In this document: in pieces, positions 53,196 through 63,036 of the stretch
Layout of the letters: each line of letters begins with the position of its first letter
Position numbering within the stretch: position 1 is the first letter of the stretch
Program-made: the position numbers and the translations under genes
Assembly: GCA_022779845.1 (NCBI GenBank)
Contig: JALEXT010000022.1
Span: 3,270 to 67,269, forward strand
Origin: Succinatimonas sp.
GTDB lineage: Bacteria > Pseudomonadota > Gammaproteobacteria > Enterobacterales > Succinivibrionaceae
Reading direction: 5' to 3'
Length of the DNA: 64,000 bases
The notes under the pieces: generated by a model
The model's input: the letters and a program-made list of their open reading frames with translations, nothing else
What the model was told of the DNA's origin: nothing
Databases searched by the model: none

Positions 53196-56100
53196 ATGGC
53201 ACGTTTCTTTATTAATCGACCGGTTTTCGCATGGGTCATAGCTATCATGATCATGCTTGCCGGTCTGCTGGCTATTCACACTCTGCCCGTATCACAATAC
53301 CCGACCATTGCGCCTCCTGCCGTATCAATTAGTGCAAGTTATCCTGGCGCTGATGCTTCCACCACGGAACGTGCGGTCACGCAGATCATCGAGCAGAACA
53401 TGGTAGGTTTGGATGGATTCATGTATATGGATGCATCCTCAGATTCTTACGGTAACTCCAGCATTCAGATCACTTTTGAACCCGGTACCAATGCTGATAT
53501 TGCGCAGGTACAGGTACAAAACAAGATGCAACAAACCCAGTCTCAGTTGCCTACCGTAGTTCAGCAAAATGGTATAGACGTATCTAAGTCTACAGATGCT
53601 TTCTTACTTGTAGCTTCATTATCCGCAACCGATGACAAGCACACCGAAGCGGATCTTTCTGACTATTTGGAATCAAACATCAAGGAACCTCTGTCCCGTG
53701 TTTCCGGCGTAGGAAGCGTGACGGTATTCGGTTCAGAGTATGCAATGCGCGTATGGCTTGATCCGGCAAAACTTAATAATCTCAGGATCAGTCCTACGGA
53801 AATAACCGCAGCTATAAAGACTCAAAACGCTCAGGTCACCTACGGCTCCTTAGGCGGTACTCCTGCAGTCAAAGGACAGCTCTACACCTACAGCATCACC
53901 GGACAAAGTAACCTGGAAACAGTTAAGGAATTTGAAAACATTCTGCTCCGTGTCAATCAGGACGGAACAAAAGTATATTTAAAGGATGTCGCCAAGATAG
54001 AACTTGGACAAGAGTCTTATAACTACGAAACAAGATATAAAGGACGCGTTTGCTCTGGCATCGCGGTGCACCTTGCTGCCGGTGCCAACGCGCTTGACAC
54101 GGCTCAAAAAGTCAAGGAATTACTTGCAAATCTGGAACAATACTTCCCTGAATGGATGGAACTTGATTATCCTTACGATACAACTCAGTTCATTAAAGTA
54201 TCCATCAATGAAGTAGTACATACTTTGATAGAGGCTATTATTCTGGTGGTCCTCATCATGTACCTCTTCATGCAAAACTTCCGTGCCACGCTTATCCCTT
54301 CCATTACCGTTCCGGTGGTATTACTCGGTGCTTTTGCCATCATGGAGGCATGCGGTTTCTCCATCAATACCCTAACCATGTTCGGTTTGGTTTTAGCCAT
54401 CGGCCTTTTGGTCGACGATGCAATTATCGTGGTAGAAAACGTCGAACGTATCTTAAACGAGCACCCTGACATAACGCCGAAGCAAGCTGCAATGAAATCG
54501 ATGGATGAACTTACCGGAGCCTTGGTAGGTATTGCCTTGGTGTTGTCGGCAGTATTCATCCCTATGGCCTTCTTCGGAGGGTCAACAGGTATCATTTACC
54601 GTCAGTTTTCAATAACCATCGTTTCTGCAATGGTTCTGTCGGTTTTAATTGCCCTGATCCTGACACCGGCATTGTGTGCCACCATGCTGAAATCACCGGC
54701 TGAGCGTGAAAAGCAATCTAAAAACTTTATTGTACGTGTAGCAGAAAAGAGCCTTAAATGGATTTGGTCTCCAGTGTATAAGTTCTTGGAACTGTGGAAC
54801 CGTTTCTTCAAGGCCATGTCGGATAGCTATGTGAATCATGTAGAAAAAGTGGTTCACAGCATCAAGCTTTACCTGATTTATTACGTGGTGATCTGCGCTG
54901 CTTTGGTATTCGGCTTTATGCGCATACCTTCTGCCTTCCTTCCCAACGAAGATCAGGGCGTGCTCATGGCCATGGCCAATTTGCCGGCAGGCTCAACCAT
55001 AGAAAAGACCCAGTCAGCCATGGAAAAGGCCAGTAACTATTTCATGACTGCAGAAAAGGACAATATTGATACCATCATGTATGTGGTGGGCTTTTCATTC
55101 GCCGGTCAAGGTCAGAACGCGGCTATGGCTTTCATCAAACTCAAAGACTGGGCCGAACGTACTGATAAATCTCAACACCCTGACATGATCTCACAACGTG
55201 CTTATATGCCGCTGATGGGTATTCGCGAAGGATTGGTCTACGCTTTCAACATTCCTGCAATTCCTGAACTGGGTACGGCATCCGGTTTTGATTTGTATTT
55301 GCAGGATAACGGCGGTGCCGGACACGATATGCTGAACAAAGTAAGAGATGAATATGTGCGAGCAGCTCAAGCATCTCCTTTATTAACCCAGGTTCGTGTC
55401 AACGGACAAAACGATACTCCTCGCTTCAAACTGAAACTTGATTACGAGAAAGCCATCGCTTTGGGACTCTCAGTAAGCGACATTAACAATACGCTGTCCA
55501 TCGCGTGGGGTTCGTCTTATACAGACAACTTTATGGATCGCGGACGTGTTAAAAAGATCTATGTTCAGGGTGAAGCTTCTTCTCGTATGACCGAGCAAGA
55601 TCTTTCAAAATGGTACGTAAAGAATAACCAGGGAGAAATGGTTCCGTTCTCAGCATTTGCTTCAACAGAATGGTCTTACGGTGCCCCGCTTTTACAACGT
55701 TTCAACGGCGTATCAGCAGTTAATATTCAGGGCGCTCCTGCCGCCGGAGTTTCCACCGGTGAAGCCATGAATGAAATGCAACGCATTGCCAATGAAGTTT
55801 TACCTGCGGGATTTGGTATTTCTTGGTCAGGTGTTTCCTATCAGGAGAAGCAATCCGGTGCTCAGGCACCTGCGTTGTACGCAATTTCTTTGCTCATCGT
55901 TTTCCTGTCTTTGGCTGCGCTGTATGAAAGCTGGTCCATTCCTTTTGCGGTAATGCTGGTGGTACCGTTAGGTATTGTCGGCGCAATCGGAGCTGCCTTG
56001 CTCACACAGTATGTACCAGTACGTACTACTCTTACCAACGATGTATATTTCCAAGTAGGATTGCTGACAACTGTCGGCTTGGCATCCAAAAATGCCATTC

Positions 56101-56465
56101 TCATCGTGGAGTTTGCCAAGGATTTGTACGATCAGGGGCAAAGACTTACCGAAGCAGTGATCAATGCAGCCAGACTTCGTTTCCGTCCTATTTTGATGAC
56201 CTCCATGGCCTTCATTCTGGGTGTATTGCCTCTGGCTTTAAGCTCCGGTGCTGGTGCTGCCGGACGTAATGAAATCGGCTACGGTGTAATAGGAGGAATG
56301 CTTACTGCCACCGTATTGGCTATTTTCTTCGTACCCGTATTCTTCGTATTGGTTATGCGTTACTTCACCAAGTACGTGTCCCCTGAAGACAAACAAAAGC
56401 TGGCTGCAAAGAAACAAAAACAGCTTGCAGAAGAAATTGCCGCGATCAAGGCTCAAGATGAATAA
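53196..56465 (+). CDS. acrB: RND efflux permease (HAE1, AcrB family)
   Basis: MARFFINRPVFAWVIAI, AIGLLVDDAIIVVENVER, LYESWSIPF, KNAILIVEFAK, LRFRPILMTS. Confidence 0.95.
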   Translation: MARFFINRPVFAWVIAIMIMLAGLLAIHTLPVSQYPTIAPPAVSISASYPGADASTTERAVTQIIEQNMVGLDGFMYMDASSDSYGNSSIQITFEPGTNADIAQVQVQNKMQQTQSQLPTVVQQNGIDVSKSTDAFLLVASLSATDDKHTEADLSDYLESNIKEPLSRVSGVGSVTVFGSEYAMRVWLDPAKLNNLRISPTEITAAIKTQNAQVTYGSLGGTPAVKGQLYTYSITGQSNLETVKEFENILLRVNQDGTKVYLKDVAKIELGQESYNYETRYKGRVCSGIAVHLAAGANALDTAQKVKELLANLEQYFPEWMELDYPYDTTQFIKVSINEVVHTLIEAIILVVLIMYLFMQNFRATLIPSITVPVVLLGAFAIMEACGFSINTLTMFGLVLAIGLLVDDAIIVVENVERILNEHPDITPKQAAMKSMDELTGALVGIALVLSAVFIPMAFFGGSTGIIYRQFSITIVSAMVLSVLIALILTPALCATMLKSPAEREKQSKNFIVRVAEKSLKWIWSPVYKFLELWNRFFKAMSDSYVNHVEKVVHSIKLYLIYYVVICAALVFGFMRIPSAFLPNEDQGVLMAMANLPAGSTIEKTQSAMEKASNYFMTAEKDNIDTIMYVVGFSFAGQGQNAAMAFIKLKDWAERTDKSQHPDMISQRAYMPLMGIREGLVYAFNIPAIPELGTASGFDLYLQDNGGAGHDMLNKVRDEYVRAAQASPLLTQVRVNGQNDTPRFKLKLDYEKAIALGLSVSDINNTLSIAWGSSYTDNFMDRGRVKKIYVQGEASSRMTEQDLSKWYVKNNQGEMVPFSAFASTEWSYGAPLLQRFNGVSAVNIQGAPAAGVSTGEAMNEMQRIANEVLPAGFGISWSGVSYQEKQSGAQAPALYAISLLIVFLSLAALYESWSIPFAVMLVVPLGIVGAIGAALLTQYVPVRTTLTNDVYFQVGLLTTVGLASKNAILIVEFAKDLYDQGQRLTEAVINAARLRFRPILMTSMAFILGVLPLALSSGAGAAGRNEIGYGVIGGMLTATVLAIFFVPVFFVLVMRYFTKYVSPEDKQKLAAKKQKQLAEEIAAIKAQDE

Positions 56466-56486
56466 TTTCACAAAGTGAAATTAAGT

Positions 56487-56514
56487 AGGGGGAAGCTAAG
56501 CTTCCCCCTTTTTT
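56487..56514 (+). terminator. intrinsic terminator after acrB
   Basis: AGGGGGAAGC-TAA-GCTTCCCCCT followed by TTTTT. Confidence 0.85.
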
Positions 56515-56555
56515 CATGTTTAAAAACTCAAAATATCACAACTACAAATTATTCG

Positions 56556-57716
56556 TCAGTCAGCTGAACGCGCCACGCTCAAAATATCGTAGGCAATATC
56601 TTGCATCAGCGGTGCAGATGAAAATGGGCCTTGCTGAATAATATCCCACATGACTTTTCCGTCATCATAAAATTCAGCAGAAAAAGTCAAAGGCAAAATC
56701 ATCCCTAATTTTTCAACATAAAGTCCATCTTTAAGATCTGCCTGAGGAACGGCTGTGCGTGTACGTCTTACTGCCTGTGCCAAATCCATCATGCTGTGAC
56801 GATCGTAACCAAAGGCACGATCATCCAAAGCCTCCAAGGCCTGACGCTTGGGTAAAGTCAGAACATATACGGCTCTTCCGTTTAACGGAACCGTATTCAA
56901 GGAGATCCGACTTAAAACCGTAGTATGAAGCAAAGCATCGCCCCAAAGTTTATCGATCAGCAGCACGTAATAATCAGTGCTGGTATCAAAAATCTGGTAC
57001 TGACGACGGATACATAGAGGACCGGTTATTATTTGCCCGATCTTAACCTTTCCCATAAAGAAATCATCAACAGGCTCTCCGCTTTCAAGCAACGGATGCT
57101 CTGCAGGCACTGCATAACCGTGCTCGCGCAGATCATTTATGCATGAAGCATAAGCCAATCCGCCGCTTCCTCCCATTTCTTCAGGAGACAATAATGATTC
57201 CGGATCATTTTTACCGCGTAACGCATTGCGAAACAGCGCCCGATCAGCAACCGGAGGAACCAAGGTATAGCAAGGAAGCATTACTGAATATAACTCGCAG
57301 AAGATGCCGTCTCTCAATGAGCTCTCGGCATCCAAAGTTCGCGTATGTTGCAAAGCGCTGTAAAACGAAAATGCATATCGCATAGATCCGTTGAAGCGGC
57401 ACTGGCTCAAACGTTGGAGTTTTAAAGAAGAAGGAGAAATTAAAAGATAAAAAACGCCGTCCTTAAGTTCCATTGGCATAAAAGCGCTTTGCGGGATCAA
57501 ATGTCCGTCTACCCATTGTTCTGCCAAAGCTTCTTTAACCACAAGAAGTCTGAATTGTAAATCCTCACTTAAATACAATTCCCAAGACGGCGCTTCATCC
57601 AGTTTTTCTCCGAATACTATACCGTCAGGTAGCATAAAACCTTCTGGTACAAAAGACGATTCATACAAGTCGTCCTCAATAATGAAATTGCTTTCGTTGA
57701 CAATAAAATCCGACAT
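56556..57716 (-). CDS. hypothetical protein with an internally duplicated domain, last gene of the T6SS cluster
   Basis: 386-aa ORF co-oriented with tssM; the two halves share ALQHTRT..SLRDGIFCE..VMLP and AVRRTRT..DLKDGLYVE..MILP. Confidence 0.8.
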   Translation of the reverse strand: MSDFIVNESNFIIEDDLYESSFVPEGFMLPDGIVFGEKLDEAPSWELYLSEDLQFRLLVVKEALAEQWVDGHLIPQSAFMPMELKDGVFYLLISPSSLKLQRLSQCRFNGSMRYAFSFYSALQHTRTLDAESSLRDGIFCELYSVMLPCYTLVPPVADRALFRNALRGKNDPESLLSPEEMGGSGGLAYASCINDLREHGYAVPAEHPLLESGEPVDDFFMGKVKIGQIITGPLCIRRQYQIFDTSTDYYVLLIDKLWGDALLHTTVLSRISLNTVPLNGRAVYVLTLPKRQALEALDDRAFGYDRHSMMDLAQAVRRTRTAVPQADLKDGLYVEKLGMILPLTFSAEFYDDGKVMWDIIQQGPFSSAPLMQDIAYDILSVARSAD

Positions 57717-57775
57717 AATTTTCTCTGATCGTTAAACGCTAAAATTGTTGCTATTTAATATTTTTTTGACAGATC

Positions 57776-60700
57776 CTAATGACTGTAATCATTAAACAAC
57801 GTAAGTGACGGCCATGATGATAATGAAGGCCATGATGATGCCTTCGGCAGTTTCACTACTGTCGAAAAGGCGATATAAAATACACTGCGATTTCCGTTTT
57901 CATCATTTAAGAATAACGGTACGTAAGTCATCTTCTCATCATCATCATAAACGGCGTTTTCATCCAAATAAAGCTGCAATGCCGGATATCCTCCGTCAAT
58001 TACATAAGTACAGTCTGGTACCGAATCATCTGAAAAACGATAAAAATTAAAAGTGATGGCCTGATTATCCAATGATCCGCGGGCTACAGCTTCAGGCTTT
58101 TCCGCATTCACAAACGAAGACATTTTTTCAGTGCGTTTTTGCTTGCCAATACTCAAATCAAAATAACGATATCGAATAACTCCGCTTTCGTATCCGCTGA
58201 ATCCTTGTTCCTTGGCAAGCCTCTTTTGCGTTGCAGCCCCGACACGGTTTAATTTGTAATAGGCGCTACGATCAGCTCCTGAAAGCACAGTCAGAAGATC
58301 TTCCATGGTTTTCGACCATGATTTAAACTCAGCTTGCGTGTTGCTGTCTTCACTGAACACTAAAGGAGCTTTTAAACTCTTATCAATACGCAAACTGTTA
58401 TCGCTGCTTCCCAATGCAAAGCCGGCCAATTCATCTGGGAGTGAATTCTCATCATTGCTTTTTGCTGACAATCCAAAACCTTTAAACATTGCCATCAATG
58501 CCCGCATATCATTTTTACTCAAAATGCGTTTATGAGGATCTCCGTCTTTGACCAGCGGGAAAACTTTAAGATCACTTTGATACATGGCAACCGAAGTAGA
58601 TGCTTCACTGGATGCATCCCGTTTTAAAAGTTTTGAACCCAATGCTGTAAATTCAGCCCACCATGAAATCTCACTGCGACTTAACAACTGCAAGCTATTC
58701 TTTATATCTTTCTCATCCATTGACATCACTTTGCGATTTGCATAAGTAGCATCATCAGAAAGTTCTGTCCAAGCTGCAACCTCGTCATTGCACGAATCTG
58801 TGAAACTTATATCAAGACTCTTACTTCTGGAATCCAATAACTTTAATGTGGCTTGTTTTTGTGACAAACCGCCCTCGTCAAGCAATCCGTCGCTTACTGC
58901 ATTCACTGCTTTGAAACTCATATCGTAAAGATCTTGCAGCTGTGAATTAACCTGATAAGCACGCGTATTACTTAAAAGAGCATAAAACTCGGTATATGAA
59001 TCCGCTTTGGGGTGAATATTTTGCACAAAATGTGCCCAGTAATTGAAATATCCTCCAGCATATTTCTGAAATACCCGAACCAGACGCTGCAATTGAGCAT
59101 TCTTTGCTACAGCTTGACTGAAATAAGGATATTTCTTTTCTGCAGAATAAGAACGCAAAGTAGCTATAGTCGAAGCATAAGCGACAAAGCCGTCAGGATT
59201 GTACTCCTGACGTACTTCTGTCTTTCCCAAGATCTCTTTGACCATGTCAAACGACACAGATGAAGCTATTCCACTTCCTTTACCCTGATAATCAGCTACC
59301 ATCATTGAAATATCAGACAGTAAATTCATATCGTTTGGAGTATCCGGATAAAGATCGATGATCTGCTGAACCATACCAAGCCTGATCACTGTATGTTGCA
59401 GATCAATGTAATGGATACAAAACTCCGCCCACTGTTTAATTAAAGGTGACGACGCATACATTTCATATTTTTCCGTCACCAAAGCTTTCAACTGCTCGAC
59501 TTCGTCGTCGACTTTTTTGGTAATGTCATTGATATCGTCAGGCGAACTTATCTTGCGAAGCTTGGTAGAAACTAACGATAATTTCAGCATTTCTCCTATC
59601 GCACGATAATTAAGCTCAGAATCTGGTTGGTTATTATCTATATGCTGGAAAAGAGGATCCTGCTGCACTTTAATAATTGTATTGGTAAGACGCTGATGTT
59701 CACTGTCTAACAAATGAACAACGTTTTCCCGTACCGAATTTAAAGAATGTTCATTCAAGTTGCCCCAAGCATCCGCACGCTCAGATGACAAACCGCTGGC
59801 TTTTTGCTCCTGACCGAATTTCACCAAATAATTAAAGTCATCATTTAAAAGACTGCGGTACCCCTGATAAGACGACTCAAATGCCGCATAATACTGGTTT
59901 TCAGCGCTTTTATTATTTTTTTTGTCATCCGTATTACCAGTCCGGACTGTTGCCAGACTGATCATATCGTCAATTTCCTCTATTTCTGATGCGAACTGCA
60001 AAGCCCAAGTACGGTATTTATTCATTACAGCCTGCATTTGATCCAAAGACAGCAACATTACATTGAGCTTGCGCAATTCATCAAGCTGTTTGGAGACATC
60101 CATCAGACGGTTTGCAGCCGAAATATCACTTTTTAGGCGTGAATACTCATGCGTAGGATAATTGCTGAGATTACGCCAATTGTCCACCAAAGTACGTACT
60201 CCCAAAGCACAGCTGACATCATACTGAGGATTTAGGACTATGGTACGATTTGTGGACTGTGCCAAATAGTCATACCCCGGTCTGAAATCTGAAATCTGAG
60301 AACGCAGAGAATCATTAGTCTGGGGATACAAATAATCTAAAAAAGCCTGCATGGTATTGGGCTTATAGACATCATTTCCCATAGGCGTACGATTCTTATA
60401 GGGGAAAAGCGAAATCTGCATCAGTTCAAAAAGAGCATCCCTTTTTTCAAGCGACATAGGCTCTACAGCTCGCTCACAAAAACTTTGCTCAACAGATGAG
60501 ACCAAAGGCAAAAAAGCCATATTAGTCTGCAACTGATTATAGAGAAAAGTCCTCTGTGCAATTTCAGGATCCATAGACCACCCGTACTTCAACATGGAAG
60601 CGGGGAAAAAACTCCAGGGCAATCTTATTTTGCGCAACATGCGTTCGCGTGCATCTGAGAAAAAGTTCATTCGCGATATTTTCGGATCATCAGGCATTGC

Positions 60701-62224
60701 CGAATCTATAAAAAGTACACCTTGACCGCGATAATCAATTCCCAAAAGAGGTGCTCCGTGGATCTGTTTATCTTTGAACTGATCCGCAAGATCCACGTAA
60801 TAAAGTCGATCATATTCAAGACGATCCGACAAAGGATTGGCTTCGAAACAAATTCCGTAAAGATAAAAACAGGATAAAACGCCGCAAGTGGCACAGACAC
60901 TTAGAGTAGGTACAAGCCGACGCAAACGCTCTGATTTGACAAAAACGGCATCGTACTGAGGGCGCAAGATCATATGCGACAGAAGTTCAGCAACAAAATA
61001 GGACCGACTTTGCCTAAAATTATTGTCATATAAAGGCGCGTCATCCATATTTTTATGTTGCAATTCAGCAAAACGGCTGTCGTAACAATAACCTTGATCT
61101 TCTGCTGACGTGAAATACACTCCCTTAAAAGACGTCCCCGGGTTAACAGCTCCACCCTGTTTGGTAAAGATGGTATCCAGATAACATTCAAGGTTGGAGC
61201 GTAATTTGGCAAAAGCTTCCGGGAAAAGGTAGATATTTCCTGTTAAATCCATGCGAGAACGGTTCAGGTAAGACAGCTCCATCACGCCCTTGCTGCTCAT
61301 CAACCCCACGGCACCGTTTTCAAGACGTAAGATCAAAGATTCAAAAAAATCCGAGAATTCATCTTGCCTGAAGATCCCGCTGTCAGTCAGTGGCTGGTAT
61401 CCAAATATTTGATCTTTTGAGGAGTTTTCAAGAGACATAAAATACTCACGAAATCCCACTACGGCATCTAATTTGGTAATAATCAGATAACACGGGATGT
61501 GCATGCGTATTTGCCCTGAAAGGCGCAACAATTCGTCGGCAATGAGCTGGGCTTTTTTCTGAGTAAGCTTATGATCATCTGCCAAAAGAGAATCTGCAGA
61601 AACGGTTAGGATCACTCCGTCCAAAGGTTTTTGAGTATTGTATTTTCTCAAAAGAGTGCAAATATGGGTCCACTCTGCGCTGGATCCCCCCAACCAACTG
61701 TCAAAAAAAACTTTGCCAGATACATCAGCTATAACGCTTGAATTATTGTAAAAAAAATTTATCGGTTGCTGCTTTCCGTTTTTTTCTGATTCGCTACACT
61801 TAAATTCAAGATCACAATGTTTTAATAACGACGATTTGCCGTTGGAAGGTTCTCCTAATAATACAAACCAAGGACGACGATTTTTAATATACTTTTGAGA
61901 ACGTAAAATCCCAGCAATATGCTCAAAATTAGCCGTAACTGCAGCTAATCTGCTGTTTAATTCAGCTTTAGCCTTGTCCGTTTTCTTGCCGCCGTGCACC
62001 AAGGACGAAAGAACGGACCACACCATTAAATCTTTTCGTAAAGATGCAACTTCCTTTTGATTGCGGAATAATCCGAAAACCTTAAAACACACCCTTACAA
62101 TAACGAACAGCGCAACGATCAACACTAAAACAATGAATATTGATACGACGGGATGTTCATTAACATATCCCAACACTCCGGATCCTTCAGATACGGCAGC
62201 GTTCAAAACAGATTCTTTATTCAT
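57776..62224 (-). CDS. tssM: type VI secretion membrane complex protein TssM/IcmF (divergent, about 1480 aa)
   Basis: N-terminal TM, PWFVLLGEPSNGKSSLL (Walker A), KPLDGVILTVS, IPCYLIITKLD..GFREYF, FKGVYFTSA; downstream of tssL; ATG at 62224 overlaps the tssL stop (alternative TTG at 62236). Confidence 0.85.
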   Translation of the reverse strand: MNKESVLNAAVSEGSGVLGYVNEHPVVSIFIVLVLIVALFVIVRVCFKVFGLFRNQKEVASLRKDLMVWSVLSSLVHGGKKTDKAKAELNSRLAAVTANFEHIAGILRSQKYIKNRRPWFVLLGEPSNGKSSLLKHCDLEFKCSESEKNGKQQPINFFYNNSSVIADVSGKVFFDSWLGGSSAEWTHICTLLRKYNTQKPLDGVILTVSADSLLADDHKLTQKKAQLIADELLRLSGQIRMHIPCYLIITKLDAVVGFREYFMSLENSSKDQIFGYQPLTDSGIFRQDEFSDFFESLILRLENGAVGLMSSKGVMELSYLNRSRMDLTGNIYLFPEAFAKLRSNLECYLDTIFTKQGGAVNPGTSFKGVYFTSAEDQGYCYDSRFAELQHKNMDDAPLYDNNFRQSRSYFVAELLSHMILRPQYDAVFVKSERLRRLVPTLSVCATCGVLSCFYLYGICFEANPLSDRLEYDRLYYVDLADQFKDKQIHGAPLLGIDYRGQGVLFIDSAMPDDPKISRMNFFSDARERMLRKIRLPWSFFPASMLKYGWSMDPEIAQRTFLYNQLQTNMAFLPLVSSVEQSFCERAVEPMSLEKRDALFELMQISLFPYKNRTPMGNDVYKPNTMQAFLDYLYPQTNDSLRSQISDFRPGYDYLAQSTNRTIVLNPQYDVSCALGVRTLVDNWRNLSNYPTHEYSRLKSDISAANRLMDVSKQLDELRKLNVMLLSLDQMQAVMNKYRTWALQFASEIEEIDDMISLATVRTGNTDDKKNNKSAENQYYAAFESSYQGYRSLLNDDFNYLVKFGQEQKASGLSSERADAWGNLNEHSLNSVRENVVHLLDSEHQRLTNTIIKVQQDPLFQHIDNNQPDSELNYRAIGEMLKLSLVSTKLRKISSPDDINDITKKVDDEVEQLKALVTEKYEMYASSPLIKQWAEFCIHYIDLQHTVIRLGMVQQIIDLYPDTPNDMNLLSDISMMVADYQGKGSGIASSVSFDMVKEILGKTEVRQEYNPDGFVAYASTIATLRSYSAEKKYPYFSQAVAKNAQLQRLVRVFQKYAGGYFNYWAHFVQNIHPKADSYTEFYALLSNTRAYQVNSQLQDLYDMSFKAVNAVSDGLLDEGGLSQKQATLKLLDSRSKSLDISFTDSCNDEVAAWTELSDDATYANRKVMSMDEKDIKNSLQLLSRSEISWWAEFTALGSKLLKRDASSEASTSVAMYQSDLKVFPLVKDGDPHKRILSKNDMRALMAMFKGFGLSAKSNDENSLPDELAGFALGSSDNSLRIDKSLKAPLVFSEDSNTQAEFKSWSKTMEDLLTVLSGADRSAYYKLNRVGAATQKRLAKEQGFSGYESGVIRYRYFDLSIGKQKRTEKMSSFVNAEKPEAVARGSLDNQAITFNFYRFSDDSVPDCTYVIDGGYPALQLYLDENAVYDDDEKMTYVPLFLNDENGNRSVFYIAFSTVVKLPKASSWPSLSSWPSLTLFNDYSH

Positions 62225-63005
62225 CGTTTTTACCAAGCGTCCTGTTTTCCTGATCAGCCTTAACTGCTTGCTCTAATTCACTCGAAAAGTCATTTTGATT
62301 ATTGGATATCCCGATCCCGCCGGAGTTACGGGAAGATATTGAGGCTCGCGAAGCTTCATCAATAGAGTCGGAGAATCCTGAAACCGAGGTAGAAAGTGCC
62401 GCCAAGTTGGCAATAAAACATAACAACAAAACGGTTACCGAAGCTATGATCCAGTTGCGCGGTTTTTGGTACCACTTTAACTCAGCACCGGTATCAACCT
62501 TGCTTAAATCGAGATCTGGAGTGATTTTAGAAATATTAAAATCAACACTCTTATCAAAATGGGTCGCGGTTTTTTGCATGATATCCAATAACTCAGGACG
62601 CTTGCGTTTGTAAAAACCATCAAACCCCAATCCCATAAAGATATAAAAAATTCTGATCACTTCTTTATCATCTTGAGATTCTTCAGCTTGTCTCAATAGA
62701 TCAAAAAACTTGTCATCTCCGGAAAGTTCATTGAAATTGCGCGCCAATTCCTTATAAGAAGCAGAATAAGAAAATCCTCCTTCCTTAATCGTATAATCGA
62801 TAAAGAAAATCAAGGGTTTTTCTATGGCCGCATATTGCTGTTGCAATACCGGATTAAGCGACGAGCGCTGACTTATTGCATTTAACTCGGAGCGGATCTC
62901 TGAAAGCACAACATCTTGCGGTACTTCGTATCCGTTGTTTCTGTAAACACAATAACCGCATATCTTCCTGAGCAAAGGAGCAATCAGCGTTTCTATATCA
63001 TTCAT
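62217..63005 (-). CDS. tssL: type VI secretion DotU/TssL family protein
   Basis: LIFFIDY, GDDKFFDLL, FYIFMGLGFDGFY, C-terminal TM helix; no OmpA domain; between tssK and tssM. Confidence 0.85.
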   Translation of the reverse strand: MNDIETLIAPLLRKICGYCVYRNNGYEVPQDVVLSEIRSELNAISQRSSLNPVLQQQYAAIEKPLIFFIDYTIKEGGFSYSASYKELARNFNELSGDDKFFDLLRQAEESQDDKEVIRIFYIFMGLGFDGFYKRKRPELLDIMQKTATHFDKSVDFNISKITPDLDLSKVDTGAELKWYQKPRNWIIASVTVLLLCFIANLAALSTSVSGFSDSIDEASRASISSRNSGGIGISNNQNDFSSELEQAVKADQENRTLGKNDE

Positions 63006-63036
63006 AGCAGGATAATTTTATTCAGAATTTCAACGT

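Noticed and set aside
56463-56483. Palindrome TAATTTCAC-AAA-GTGAAATTA at the acrB stop
   Set aside because: AT-rich, adjacent to the real terminator and far from any promoter; nothing supports a separate function.
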